11,566 nt of DNA. Source: a bacterium (GTDB lineage: Bacteria > Krumholzibacteriota > Krumholzibacteriia > LZORAL124-64-63). Of this stretch, positions 1-7,217 are shown in pieces. A program made the translations under genes and the position numbers. The notes beneath the pieces are model-generated. The model made no database searches and was not told where the DNA came from. It was given only the letters and a program-made list of their open reading frames with translations. The DNA lies in assembly GCA_031441465.1 (NCBI GenBank), contig JANOEP010000060.1, positions 1 to 11,566 on the forward strand, read 5' to 3'. The stretch's first letter is position 1. Each line of letters opens with the position of its first letter.

Positions 1-97
1 GCCCGCCCTGACGGATGTAGGGCGGCGAGTTGCTCCAGATGAGCCAGGACACCAGCAGCGAGAGTGCGAAGATCGGAGCCAGGACATAGTTCTTCAT
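1..97 (-). CDS. 5' fragment of a membrane protein, probably MotA/TolQ/ExbB proton channel family (runs off the window)
   Basis: Not in the ORF track. The minus strand from ATG at 97 reads MKNYVLAPIFALSLLVSWLIWSNSPPYIRQGG..., with an in-frame alternative ATG at 109 and SD-like GAAAGGA at about 109-115. It has an N-terminal hydrophobic helix followed by 'IRQGG', reminiscent of the 'xxxGG(P/W)' motif before the first conserved TM helix of ExbB/TolQ. It lies downstream of a TBDR cluster. Only 32 codons are visible, so the family is inferred. Confidence 0.55.
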   Translation of the reverse strand, partial: MKNYVLAPIFALSLLVSWLIWSNSPPYIRQGG

Positions 98-175
98 CGC
101 GATGATCATCCTTTCCGGGTTGGGTTGCCGCGGGCGCGACCCTGCGGACCGGTCGCCGCCCCGAATGGGCGGGGG

Positions 176-209
176 AAAATCGGGCCCGGCCGTCGAACGA
201 CCGAGCCCG
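176..209 (-). terminator. Intrinsic-terminator-like hairpin after the TPR gene
   Basis: Minus strand CGGGCTCGGTCGT-TCG-ACGGCCGGGCCCG forms a 13-bp stem with 2 G-U pairs that work only on the minus-strand RNA. It is followed by ATTTT and starts 14 nt after the TPR stop. The short U tract suggests partial termination or mRNA stabilisation. Confidence 0.5.
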
Positions 210-223
210 GATGTCGGCGCCGG

Positions 224-2017
224 CTAAGCCTTGTTGCGGGCCTGATCCAGGATTTCGGCCCCCTTCTTGAGCATGACGTTGCTCGGATCCAGCTGGCGCG
301 CACGGGCGAAGGCGGTTTCGGCCGCGTCGAGGCGCTCGCGGCCCAGTTCGGCGCTGCCCAGGCCCGCCCAGCCGTCGGCGTTGTCGGGATCCAGGGCCGT
401 CGCGGCGCGGTAGGCCTCGGCCGCGTCGGCGTAGTCGGCGCCGCGCAACAGGCAGTAGCCCAGGCCGCGCAGAGCCTTGGCGTTCTCGGGCTCGGTCGTC
501 AGGACGCGGCGGTACTCGGCCTCGGCGCCGGTGACGTCGTTGCGCGCGGCGAGCACCTGGGCCAGCAGCAGGCGGCCCGCCGTCAGGTCTTCGCGCAGCT
601 CCAGAGCGTGACGAAACGTCGGGATGGCCTCGTCGAAGAGGCCCGCCTGGTACAGGGCGATCCCGAGGTTCAGGTGGTAGGCCGGCGCGTCGGGGTTCAG
701 AGCGATCGCCGCCCGGAAATCGGCAGCCGCGGCCGCGGTGTCGCCGCGGCGCAGGGCAACGATGCCGGTCTGGAAGGGCACGTTCGGGTCCGCCGGATCC
801 AGGGCCGCAGCGCGGGCCAGGGTCGCCGCAGCGTCGTCGTAGCGTTGCTGCTGCGATTGCCAGTCCGCCAGCGCCACCAGGGTCATGGTCTCCAGGCGGG
901 CCAGCGGCGGCAGCGCCGCCACCTGGGCTGCGGCCGCCTGCTTGACGGCCGGATCGTTGCTGCGGATACCCGCGCGGATGTGCGCGAACAGAGCCTTCTC
1001 GTCCGCCGGGTCGAGCTGCCGCGCCTTGTCGGCTGCGTCGCGGGCCTGGTCGAAGCGACGCAGTTCGAACAGCGAAGCCGACAGCGCCACCCACGCCGAG
1101 GTGTCGGCGGGCGCCGCCGCCACGTAGCGCAGGTAGATCCGGGCGGCCAGTTCGTGGCGGCCCTCGTCGCTCAGCAGGTTCCCGAGATCGCCGAGCACCG
1201 GCGCGTAGGTCGAGTCGATCGCCACGGCTTGCAGGTAGCGGTCGCGGGCTTCGTCGGTGCGCCGATCGGCGCGGTACAGATTGCCGAGCTGGTGCATCAG
1301 CGGCGCGGTGCGGGGCATGCCCTGAGCGGCGAGCGCCTGCTCGTAGGCCTGGATCGCCAGATCCGGCTTCCCCTGCCGCAGGTAGATGCGGGACACCAGC
1401 TCACCGATCTCGACGTCGGTCGGGTTGAGACGGAGCGCAGCCTGGGCCTCCTGCTCCGCGCCCAGCAGGTCGCCCGTGCCCTGCAGCAGCAGGGCCTGGC
1501 CGTGGCGGTACTTGTCCTCGCCCTCGAGAACACCGCGGCGGTCACGGCCTTCCGCGAGCTCGGCGCGGGACTGTTCCCACGCGCCGGCGGCCAAGTGCAG
1601 GCGGGCGCGGCCGTAGTGCGCCGTCCAGTTGTCGTCGTCCAGTTCGAGTGCCCGCGCGATCTCCGATGCCGCCTCGCCCGTGCGGCCCAGGCGGAGCAGG
1701 AGCACGCCGAGCCCCGCCCTCGCTTCGGAGGCGCGGTCGCCGCCCTCGGCCGCGGCGTGCCGGTAGCCGGTTTCGGCCTCCGCCAGGCGGCCCTCGCGGA
1801 CGGCGATCTCGGCCAGCCCGATGCGGGCCTGGGGGACACGGTAGCCCGCGGCGACCGCCTCCTCGAACCGGAGCTTCGCCTTGGGCAGACGGCCCTCGGA
1901 CAGCGCTTTGCCGCCCAGGTCGACCGGGTCGTTGTCCTCGGTGTAGCGCTGGCCGCCCTGCACGGCGGAAGCCAGCGCAGCGGTCAACGCGCAGACGATG
2001 ACCAGACGACGCATCAT
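224..2017 (-). CDS. Exported tetratricopeptide-repeat protein (597 aa)
   Basis: Start reassigned to ATG 2017 with SD AAAGGA at 2025-2030. Sec signal peptide MMRRLVIVCALTAALASAVQG, followed almost entirely by ~34-aa TPR units (e.g. AYHLNLGIALYQAGLFDEAIPTFRHALELREDL, ALRGLGYCLLRGADYADAAEAYRAATALDPDN). Confidence 0.92.
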   Translation of the reverse strand: MMRRLVIVCALTAALASAVQGGQRYTEDNDPVDLGGKALSEGRLPKAKLRFEEAVAAGYRVPQARIGLAEIAVREGRLAEAETGYRHAAAEGGDRASEARAGLGVLLLRLGRTGEAASEIARALELDDDNWTAHYGRARLHLAAGAWEQSRAELAEGRDRRGVLEGEDKYRHGQALLLQGTGDLLGAEQEAQAALRLNPTDVEIGELVSRIYLRQGKPDLAIQAYEQALAAQGMPRTAPLMHQLGNLYRADRRTDEARDRYLQAVAIDSTYAPVLGDLGNLLSDEGRHELAARIYLRYVAAAPADTSAWVALSASLFELRRFDQARDAADKARQLDPADEKALFAHIRAGIRSNDPAVKQAAAAQVAALPPLARLETMTLVALADWQSQQQRYDDAAATLARAAALDPADPNVPFQTGIVALRRGDTAAAAADFRAAIALNPDAPAYHLNLGIALYQAGLFDEAIPTFRHALELREDLTAGRLLLAQVLAARNDVTGAEAEYRRVLTTEPENAKALRGLGYCLLRGADYADAAEAYRAATALDPDNADGWAGLGSAELGRERLDAAETAFARARQLDPSNVMLKKGAEILDQARNKA

Positions 2018-2084
2018 GTTCGTTTCCTTTCGTCGACCATCCGGGGGTCCGGGAGCGGGTGCCCAGGCGACCTCGAACCCGCAC

Positions 2085-2140
2085 AACCTACCCGGCCAAT
2101 GTTCGAGGAATGTGAAAACCGCGTGCGGATTGTGTGATCG
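2085..2140 (-). promoter_or_regulatory. Pho-box-like (OmpR/PhoB family) direct-repeat promoter of the TPR gene
   Basis: Minus strand CGATCAC acaa TCCGCAC gcgg TTTTCAC attc CTCGAAC attggccggg TAGGTT: four heptamers at exact 11-bp period (2134-2140, 2123-2129, 2112-2118, 2101-2107), a 10-nt spacer, and a TANNNT -10 box (2085-2090). Confidence 0.55.
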
Positions 2141-2154
2141 CCGCAGGAGGGGTC

Positions 2155-2197
2155 GGAAGGAAGGCCCCGCGCCCGATGGACGCGGGGCCTCCCTTTT
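2155..2197. terminator. GC-rich stem-loop, probable terminator after the beta-helix protein gene
   Basis: Perfect 10-bp inverted repeat AGGCCCCGCG (2162-2171) / CGCGGGGCCT (2181-2190), extendable with G-U pairs on the minus-strand RNA. Pyrimidine tails on both strands (TCCTTCC on minus, CCCTTTT on plus). Lies 23 nt after the stop at 2214. Confidence 0.7.
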
Positions 2198-2213
2198 CAG
2201 CGGAGGAGAGTGT

Positions 2214-3899
2214 CTACTTCACCAACTGCATCTTCTGCACGGCGCTGAAACCCTGTCCGTCGAGGCGCGCGAAGTACGTGCCGCTCGACAGGTTCTCACC
2301 CGCGAAGACGGTCTGGAACTCGCCCGCCGGCAGGACGCCGTCGTGCAGGCTCGCCACCTCGCGGCCGCGCATGTCGAAGACCTTCAGGCTCACGCGCCCG
2401 CTCTGCGGCACGTTGAACTGGATGGCGGTCGACGGGTTGAACGGGTTCGGGTAGCAGGCCAGCGAAGCGCGCGGGGAGGCGACCGGGCCGCGCTCCTCGA
2501 CGGCGGTCACGTAGGCCGCGGCCTGCGGATCGAAGTTCGTCCAACCGGCGGTCCACTGCTGGTCCATCGGCAGGGCGGGATCGAAGGCGCCGCGGTACGT
2601 GGTGACCGTGAAACCGACCAGGGCGGGGGCGGTGAAGTCCGCGGTCCCGATCAGCTCGGAGCCGGCCGCCGGCACCGGGTTCGGGTGATTGAAGTTGCTC
2701 AGGTCGGTCAGGCCGATGGCGCTGGGGTTGCGCGGGGCCGAACCGGTGTTGGCGTAGGCCGCCGCGTTGTACCAGGTGACGATGCCGGCCCAGCGGCCCT
2801 CGTCGTGCACCGTGGCCGAGCCGGGCTCGAGCACCGAGGCCTGGAGGCTGAGGTTGCGGATCTGCAGGACGTCGGTCAGGGCGCTGGCCTGGGTCAGGGC
2901 GTCGCGCAGCGAGATGCCCCAGGGGTAGCCCATGATGACCGAGTTGTAGATGCTGGTGCGGGTGTTGCGGCGCAGCACCCCGGAGAACTGGAACTTGTGC
3001 CCGGGCGTCAGGGTGCCCACCTGGGCGTCGGTGCGCTCGGGACCAACCAGGGTGACGTTCGAGAAGTGCGGGTGGGTGACCGGCGTCTGCGTGGTCCCGG
3101 TGGCGTCGTTGTCGGACTCGAAGCCGTTGGTCTCGCCCGTGGGATCCCACCGGCCGGGATCCTTCATGCCGAAGGCGAACTGGACGTCGCCGGTATAGCC
3201 GAAGTCGGTGTCGAACTCGTCGTCGGTGCCGCCGAAGGCGACCAGGTGGTCGCAGTTCACGGTGCCGCCGAACCACTCGTACGAATCGTCGAACGAGTAG
3301 CTGACCTGGACGTGGTGGATCTCCGTGCCGGCGCCCACGCCGCCCATGGTCAGGCCGTTGACCTCGTTGTTGAGCTGGAAGCGGTACCCGCAGTACTCGA
3401 TGCGGGCGTACTTGAACACGCCGCTGTCGTCGTTCGGGTCGGTGCCGCCGTAGGAGCCGCCGATGATGCCGCCCTCGATCAGGGGCTCGACCTTGTTCAC
3501 CGGCGCGCGGCCCAGGATCATGACGCCGCCCCAGTCGCCGGGGGCGCGCTGGCCTTCGAGCTTGCGGCTCGTGAAGACGATGGGCTGCTCGGCGGTGCCC
3601 TCGGCGAGGATCCGGGCGCCGCGGGTGATGATCAGCGTGGCGGCGGTGTCCGCCTGGCAGACGGTGCCGGCGGGGATGGTCAGGGTGTAGCCGTTCTCGA
3701 CGAAGTAGAGGCCGGTCAGCGTGTAGAGGGTGTCGGGGGACAGGGTGCGGTTCCAGGTCTGCGAGTAGGCGGTCCGGCCCGAGTCGAGGCCCGGCCCCAG
3801 GATCGCCTGGCCGTGATAGACCGGCGGCGGCGTCGCCCCGGCCACGGCGCCCAGACCCATCAGCAGGGTCAGGACGATCAGCAGCGATTTGGACTTCAT
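2214..3899 (-). CDS. Secreted TBDR-associated Asp-rich (predicted right-handed beta-helix) protein with a C-terminal T9SS type A / FlgD-Ig-like sorting domain (561 aa)
   Basis: Strong SD AGGAGGAG. SPI-type signal MKSKSLLIVLTLLMGLGAVAGA. Family motifs TLTIPAGT, AEGTAEQPIVFTS, PGDWGGVMILG, YGGTDPNDDSGVFKYARIEY, NEVNGLTMGGVGAGT, DDSYEWFGGTVN. C-terminal YPNPFNPSTAIQF...LKVFDMRGREV...LSSGTYFARL...QKMQLVK. Confidence 0.88.
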   Translation of the reverse strand: MKSKSLLIVLTLLMGLGAVAGATPPPVYHGQAILGPGLDSGRTAYSQTWNRTLSPDTLYTLTGLYFVENGYTLTIPAGTVCQADTAATLIITRGARILAEGTAEQPIVFTSRKLEGQRAPGDWGGVMILGRAPVNKVEPLIEGGIIGGSYGGTDPNDDSGVFKYARIEYCGYRFQLNNEVNGLTMGGVGAGTEIHHVQVSYSFDDSYEWFGGTVNCDHLVAFGGTDDEFDTDFGYTGDVQFAFGMKDPGRWDPTGETNGFESDNDATGTTQTPVTHPHFSNVTLVGPERTDAQVGTLTPGHKFQFSGVLRRNTRTSIYNSVIMGYPWGISLRDALTQASALTDVLQIRNLSLQASVLEPGSATVHDEGRWAGIVTWYNAAAYANTGSAPRNPSAIGLTDLSNFNHPNPVPAAGSELIGTADFTAPALVGFTVTTYRGAFDPALPMDQQWTAGWTNFDPQAAAYVTAVEERGPVASPRASLACYPNPFNPSTAIQFNVPQSGRVSLKVFDMRGREVASLHDGVLPAGEFQTVFAGENLSSGTYFARLDGQGFSAVQKMQLVK

Positions 3900-4154
3900 G
3901 GAGTATCTCCTCCTATGTGTGGTATCGCGAGTTGTCGTTTCATCATCGTTCTCCCCGGCATCCGCCCAGGCCCGCTCCGCGTCGTCGTCGTGTCGTCGTC
4001 AAGTCGAGGACCCGCGAATGGAAGCGGATCACGTGCGGATTGGTGACGGCGGCGCTCGACGGCCCTGTTTGGAATCTTCAGTGTTCGCCCTTATCGACTT
4101 CGTTCCCACCTCCTGGGCCGACGGTGTCGGATCCCCGGACGCGCCGCGGCGCGC

Positions 4155-6917
4155 TCAGAGATCCAGGCTGAACGACAGGGCGTAGTTCACGCCCCGGGTG
4201 ATCGTCTGGTAGGGCCGGCCCTCGTGCCCGAGGGTGATGGCCTCGTTCTCGTCGAGCAGGTTCTTGGCGGTCGCCTTCAGTTTCCAACCCGCGCCCAGCG
4301 ACTGAGACAGGGCGGCGTCCAGCTGGGTGCGCGACTCCTCGTAGGCGTCCTCGTCGCGCGAGTCGCCCACGGCGTCCAGGCGGCGGGCGATGCGGTTCAG
4401 CAGCAGGCTGGCGCCGGTGCCCCAGTCCGGCTGCTTCCAGGCGAGGGAGAGGTTCAGGGACCAGGGCGACTGCCCCTGCATGATCCGCTCCCGGGGGATG
4501 CGGACGATGTTGCCGAGTTCGTCGGTGTAGACCTCGTCGTACTTGATCGCCGAGGTGACGTGCGTGTAGTTGACCAGGAGGTCGAAGGGGGCCAGCGCTT
4601 CCCAGAAGCAGCCCAGGCTGCGGTGGTACTCCAGTTCGTAGCCCTCGTTGGTGCCCTGCGGGGAGTTGACCCAGGTGCGCACGAAGCGCTCCGGCGAGGA
4701 GTAGAGGCTGTCCTCGATGGCGTCGGTGAAGGTCTTGCGGAACCAGCTGGCGGCGACGACCTCGCCCTGCTGCGGGAAGAACTCCAGCCGGACGTCGTAG
4801 TTGTCGACGGTGGCGCGTTTGAGCCGGGGGTTGCCCTTGACGTTCTGGAAGGTGCTGAAGTCCAGGTAGAGCACGTCGGACATCTCGCGGAATTCCGGCC
4901 GGTTCACCGAGGCGTAGTAGCCCAGGCGGAGGTTCAGGCGGTCGTTGGCGCGCCAGGTGAGGTTGCCCGAGGGCAGGGCATCGCGCTTGTCGATGCGCGA
5001 AACGACCGGCTCGGTGACGCCGAGTTCCGGCAGCGTGCTGACCTTCTGGTCGGAGTCCTCCCAGCGCACGCCGCCGGTCAGCCGCAGGTCGAGGGGTCCG
5101 GTCTGCAGCGGGCGGTCGAACATCGCGTACCAGGTGCGCAGCTCCTGGGTGCCGTGGTAGGTGCCGGTGAAGACGGTGAGCGGGACGAAGCGGAACCGGT
5201 CCGGTCCGAAGTTCTCCGGGATGAAGATGCTGCCGGCGCCCCACTGGGTGATCCCGGCGTTGGCGGCCGAGATCGCGGAGGGGTCGGCCGCCCAGGCGTC
5301 GATGCCGTAGTCGCGCTCGCGGGATTCGAGACCCGCGCCGGCCTTGAACTCGCCGCCCAGCAGGGGCAGGTGCGCGTTCAGGGCGCCGCCGTCGCTGTCC
5401 TCGGTCAGGGACGACCAGGTGCGGTAGTTCTCCTTCTGGGTGTACGACTCGTCGGCCGTGAGGCTGTACTCGAGGTGCTTGCGGTCGGGCTCCGCGGCGG
5501 TCGAGGACGAACGGTGCCAGTTCCAGTCGAAGCCCGGCGCCTGCTCGACATCGGTGAACGAATGCTCGCCGCCGAACTGCGCCAGCCACAGCTTGCGCTG
5601 GTTCCAGACGATGGTCTGCCGCGTGGTGGGACCGGCGCTCTCGTCGTCGCCCGCCATGAACTGCACCTTCTCCTTGGCCGACCGGCTGGCGTTCGTCTTG
5701 AGGCTCAGCTTGTGGCGCGGCGAGAGGCGCAGGTTGAGGTTCGCGAGGCCGCCGATCAGCAGGCTCGACTCGTAGCGCCGGCCCTTCATGTTCCAGGGGC
5801 TGTCCTCCAGCACGATGTCCTCGATCGGGTCGGGCATGTCGACGACCAGCTGCGAGTACGGGTGGTCGGTGTATTCCTCGGTGCTGAAGCCGGTCTTGTA
5901 GGAGAGGGCGGAGATCAGGCCCAGTTCGCGGTCGCCCCACTGCCAGCGGTCTCCGTAGGAGAAGCCCAGCGACTTGTCGAAGGGTGCCCGGCCGCGGCGC
6001 GGCTCCCAGGTGTTGGGCAGGGCGCGCGCCAGGTCGTTGTTGGCCAGGCCGCCGGGCAGGGCGCGGGTGCCGTCGTCCTCGCCCAACCAGTCGCGCCCGC
6101 CGCCGGTCGAGGACCAGAAGTCGTGGGTGGTGGTGAGGTCGTTCATGCCGACGGACCAGTTCCAGCGCAGGGAGCGCTGGTCCGGAAACTCCAGGGTGCT
6201 CACCTGCACGAGGCCGCCGCTGAAGTCGCCGGGCAGGTCCGGGGTGGCGGTCTTCACGACCACCGTGTTGGCCAGCAGGTTGGCCGGGATCATGTCGAAG
6301 GAGAAGCTCTTGCGGTCGGTGTCGGTGTCGGTGCTGGTCACCGCCACGCCGTTCAGCTCGGTGCCGTTGTAGCGGTCGGTGACGCCGCGCACGAAGACGT
6401 ACTTGTCGTCCACGATCGAGAGGCCGATCACGCGCTTCAGGGCGTCGCTGCTGGTGCCGTCGGGGGACTGCGAGATCTGCGCCGCGCTGATCGCGTCGCC
6501 GATCACGATGGCTTCCTTGCGCTCGGCCAGGACCGCCGACTCCGTGGTGAGGATGCGGTCGGCGGTGATCACCAGGTCGTCGGTCGTGAACGCTTCGGCG
6601 GCCTCGAGGCGGATGGCCACGGTCGTGGGCCGGCCGGGGTTGACCTGGATCAGCTTGACGTCCTGCGGCGCATAGCCGAGGTAGGCGATCTTCAGGTTGT
6701 AGGTGCCGGCAACCAGGTCGGTGAAGGCGAAGCGGCCGTCGAGATCGGTCTGCACGGCCTTGCCGGAGCCGACGAGCACGACGTCGACGCCGATCAGGTC
6801 GTCGCCGGTGTCCGCGTCGGTGATGTGACCGTCGAGGGTCCCGGTCTGCGCGGAAACCGCCGCCGCGCTGCAGAAAATCACCGCGACGACCATGATGACA
6901 ACAACCCGTATCCGCAT
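4155..6917 (-). CDS. TonB-dependent receptor with N-terminal carboxypeptidase-regulatory-like extension (920 aa)
   Basis: Start reassigned to ATG 6917 (SD-like GAAGGGG). Signal peptide MRIRVVVIMVVAVIFCSAAAVSA. N-terminal extension GTLDGHITDADTGDDLIGVDV...GTYNLKIAYLGY. TonB-box-like DDLVITA. Plug DAISAAQI...DALKRVIGLSI...VFVRGVTDRYNGTELNG...VVKTATPDLPGDFSGG. Barrel motifs VNRPEFRE, GNPRLK, GQSPW, NLLD and a terminal beta-strand YALSFSLDL. Confidence 0.95.
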   Translation of the reverse strand: MRIRVVVIMVVAVIFCSAAAVSAQTGTLDGHITDADTGDDLIGVDVVLVGSGKAVQTDLDGRFAFTDLVAGTYNLKIAYLGYAPQDVKLIQVNPGRPTTVAIRLEAAEAFTTDDLVITADRILTTESAVLAERKEAIVIGDAISAAQISQSPDGTSSDALKRVIGLSIVDDKYVFVRGVTDRYNGTELNGVAVTSTDTDTDRKSFSFDMIPANLLANTVVVKTATPDLPGDFSGGLVQVSTLEFPDQRSLRWNWSVGMNDLTTTHDFWSSTGGGRDWLGEDDGTRALPGGLANNDLARALPNTWEPRRGRAPFDKSLGFSYGDRWQWGDRELGLISALSYKTGFSTEEYTDHPYSQLVVDMPDPIEDIVLEDSPWNMKGRRYESSLLIGGLANLNLRLSPRHKLSLKTNASRSAKEKVQFMAGDDESAGPTTRQTIVWNQRKLWLAQFGGEHSFTDVEQAPGFDWNWHRSSSTAAEPDRKHLEYSLTADESYTQKENYRTWSSLTEDSDGGALNAHLPLLGGEFKAGAGLESRERDYGIDAWAADPSAISAANAGITQWGAGSIFIPENFGPDRFRFVPLTVFTGTYHGTQELRTWYAMFDRPLQTGPLDLRLTGGVRWEDSDQKVSTLPELGVTEPVVSRIDKRDALPSGNLTWRANDRLNLRLGYYASVNRPEFREMSDVLYLDFSTFQNVKGNPRLKRATVDNYDVRLEFFPQQGEVVAASWFRKTFTDAIEDSLYSSPERFVRTWVNSPQGTNEGYELEYHRSLGCFWEALAPFDLLVNYTHVTSAIKYDEVYTDELGNIVRIPRERIMQGQSPWSLNLSLAWKQPDWGTGASLLLNRIARRLDAVGDSRDEDAYEESRTQLDAALSQSLGAGWKLKATAKNLLDENEAITLGHEGRPYQTITRGVNYALSFSLDL

Positions 6918-6986
6918 CTGCACCCCTTCGCCCAGGACCGCGCCCGGTGGCGTGAATCGCATCGCTAGCCCGATTGGACACGGCAG

Positions 6987-7042
6987 AAGGTACTCGAGTC
7001 GTGTTACATATCGATGAAAGCTCCGCGAAGAACGCGTGAAAT
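6987..7042 (-). promoter_or_regulatory. Pho-box-like direct-repeat promoter of the TBDR gene
   Basis: Minus strand ATTTCAC gcgt TCTTCGC ggag CTTTCAT cgat ATGTAAC acgactcgag TACCTT: four heptamers at exact 11-bp period (7036-7042, 7025-7031, 7014-7020, 7003-7009), a 10-nt spacer, and a TANNNT -10 box (6987-6992). The proximal pair CTTTCAT-N4-ATGTAAC has 3 mismatches to the heptamers of the E. coli Pho box CTGTCAT-N4-CTGTCAY. Confidence 0.65.
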
Positions 7043-7217
7043 CGGCGGGGCGACGACGACGCTGCGGATCGCAGCCTCGCTTTTCCGGCGAGCGGGGGCC
7101 CCCGATCAGCAATCTGCTGGTGCTGGCGCTGCCGATGAGCGATTTTCTGCCGTGTGACGATCATGCTTGGACGATCTTGGGAACCCGGACCCGCGCCGAC
7201 ACGCCACGAGGACGACC

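Noticed and set aside
3981..4002. (GTC)n-like run GTCGTCGTCGTGTCGTCGTC with an adjacent minus-strand TTGACG; similar CGACGACGAC at 7051-7060
   Set aside because: Too short for a meaningful repeat array, common in GC-rich DNA, and there is no -10 box at the proper distance from TTGACG.
4108..4153. Minus-strand AGGAGG at about 4108-4113 and the GC palindrome CGCGCCGCGGCGCG at 4140-4153
   Set aside because: No start codon at a suitable spacing after the SD-like sequence. An all-GC palindrome without a U tract is expected by chance at this composition.
125..6968. Very long plus-strand ORFs (125..2137, 1998..4046, 4224..6968) and the 1028-aa minus ORF 4078..7164
   Set aside because: They are antisense or off-frame shadows of the TPR, beta-helix and TBDR genes. 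Stop codons are rare in high-GC DNA, and the translations show no recognisable motifs.
6918..7217. Upstream extensions given by the ORF track for TBDR (start 7112) and Uup (start 7167); likewise TPR (2086) and BMC-T (10854)
   Set aside because: Downstream ATGs have SD sequences and give proper signal peptides or family N-termini. The TBDR and TPR extensions also run into promoter-like elements.
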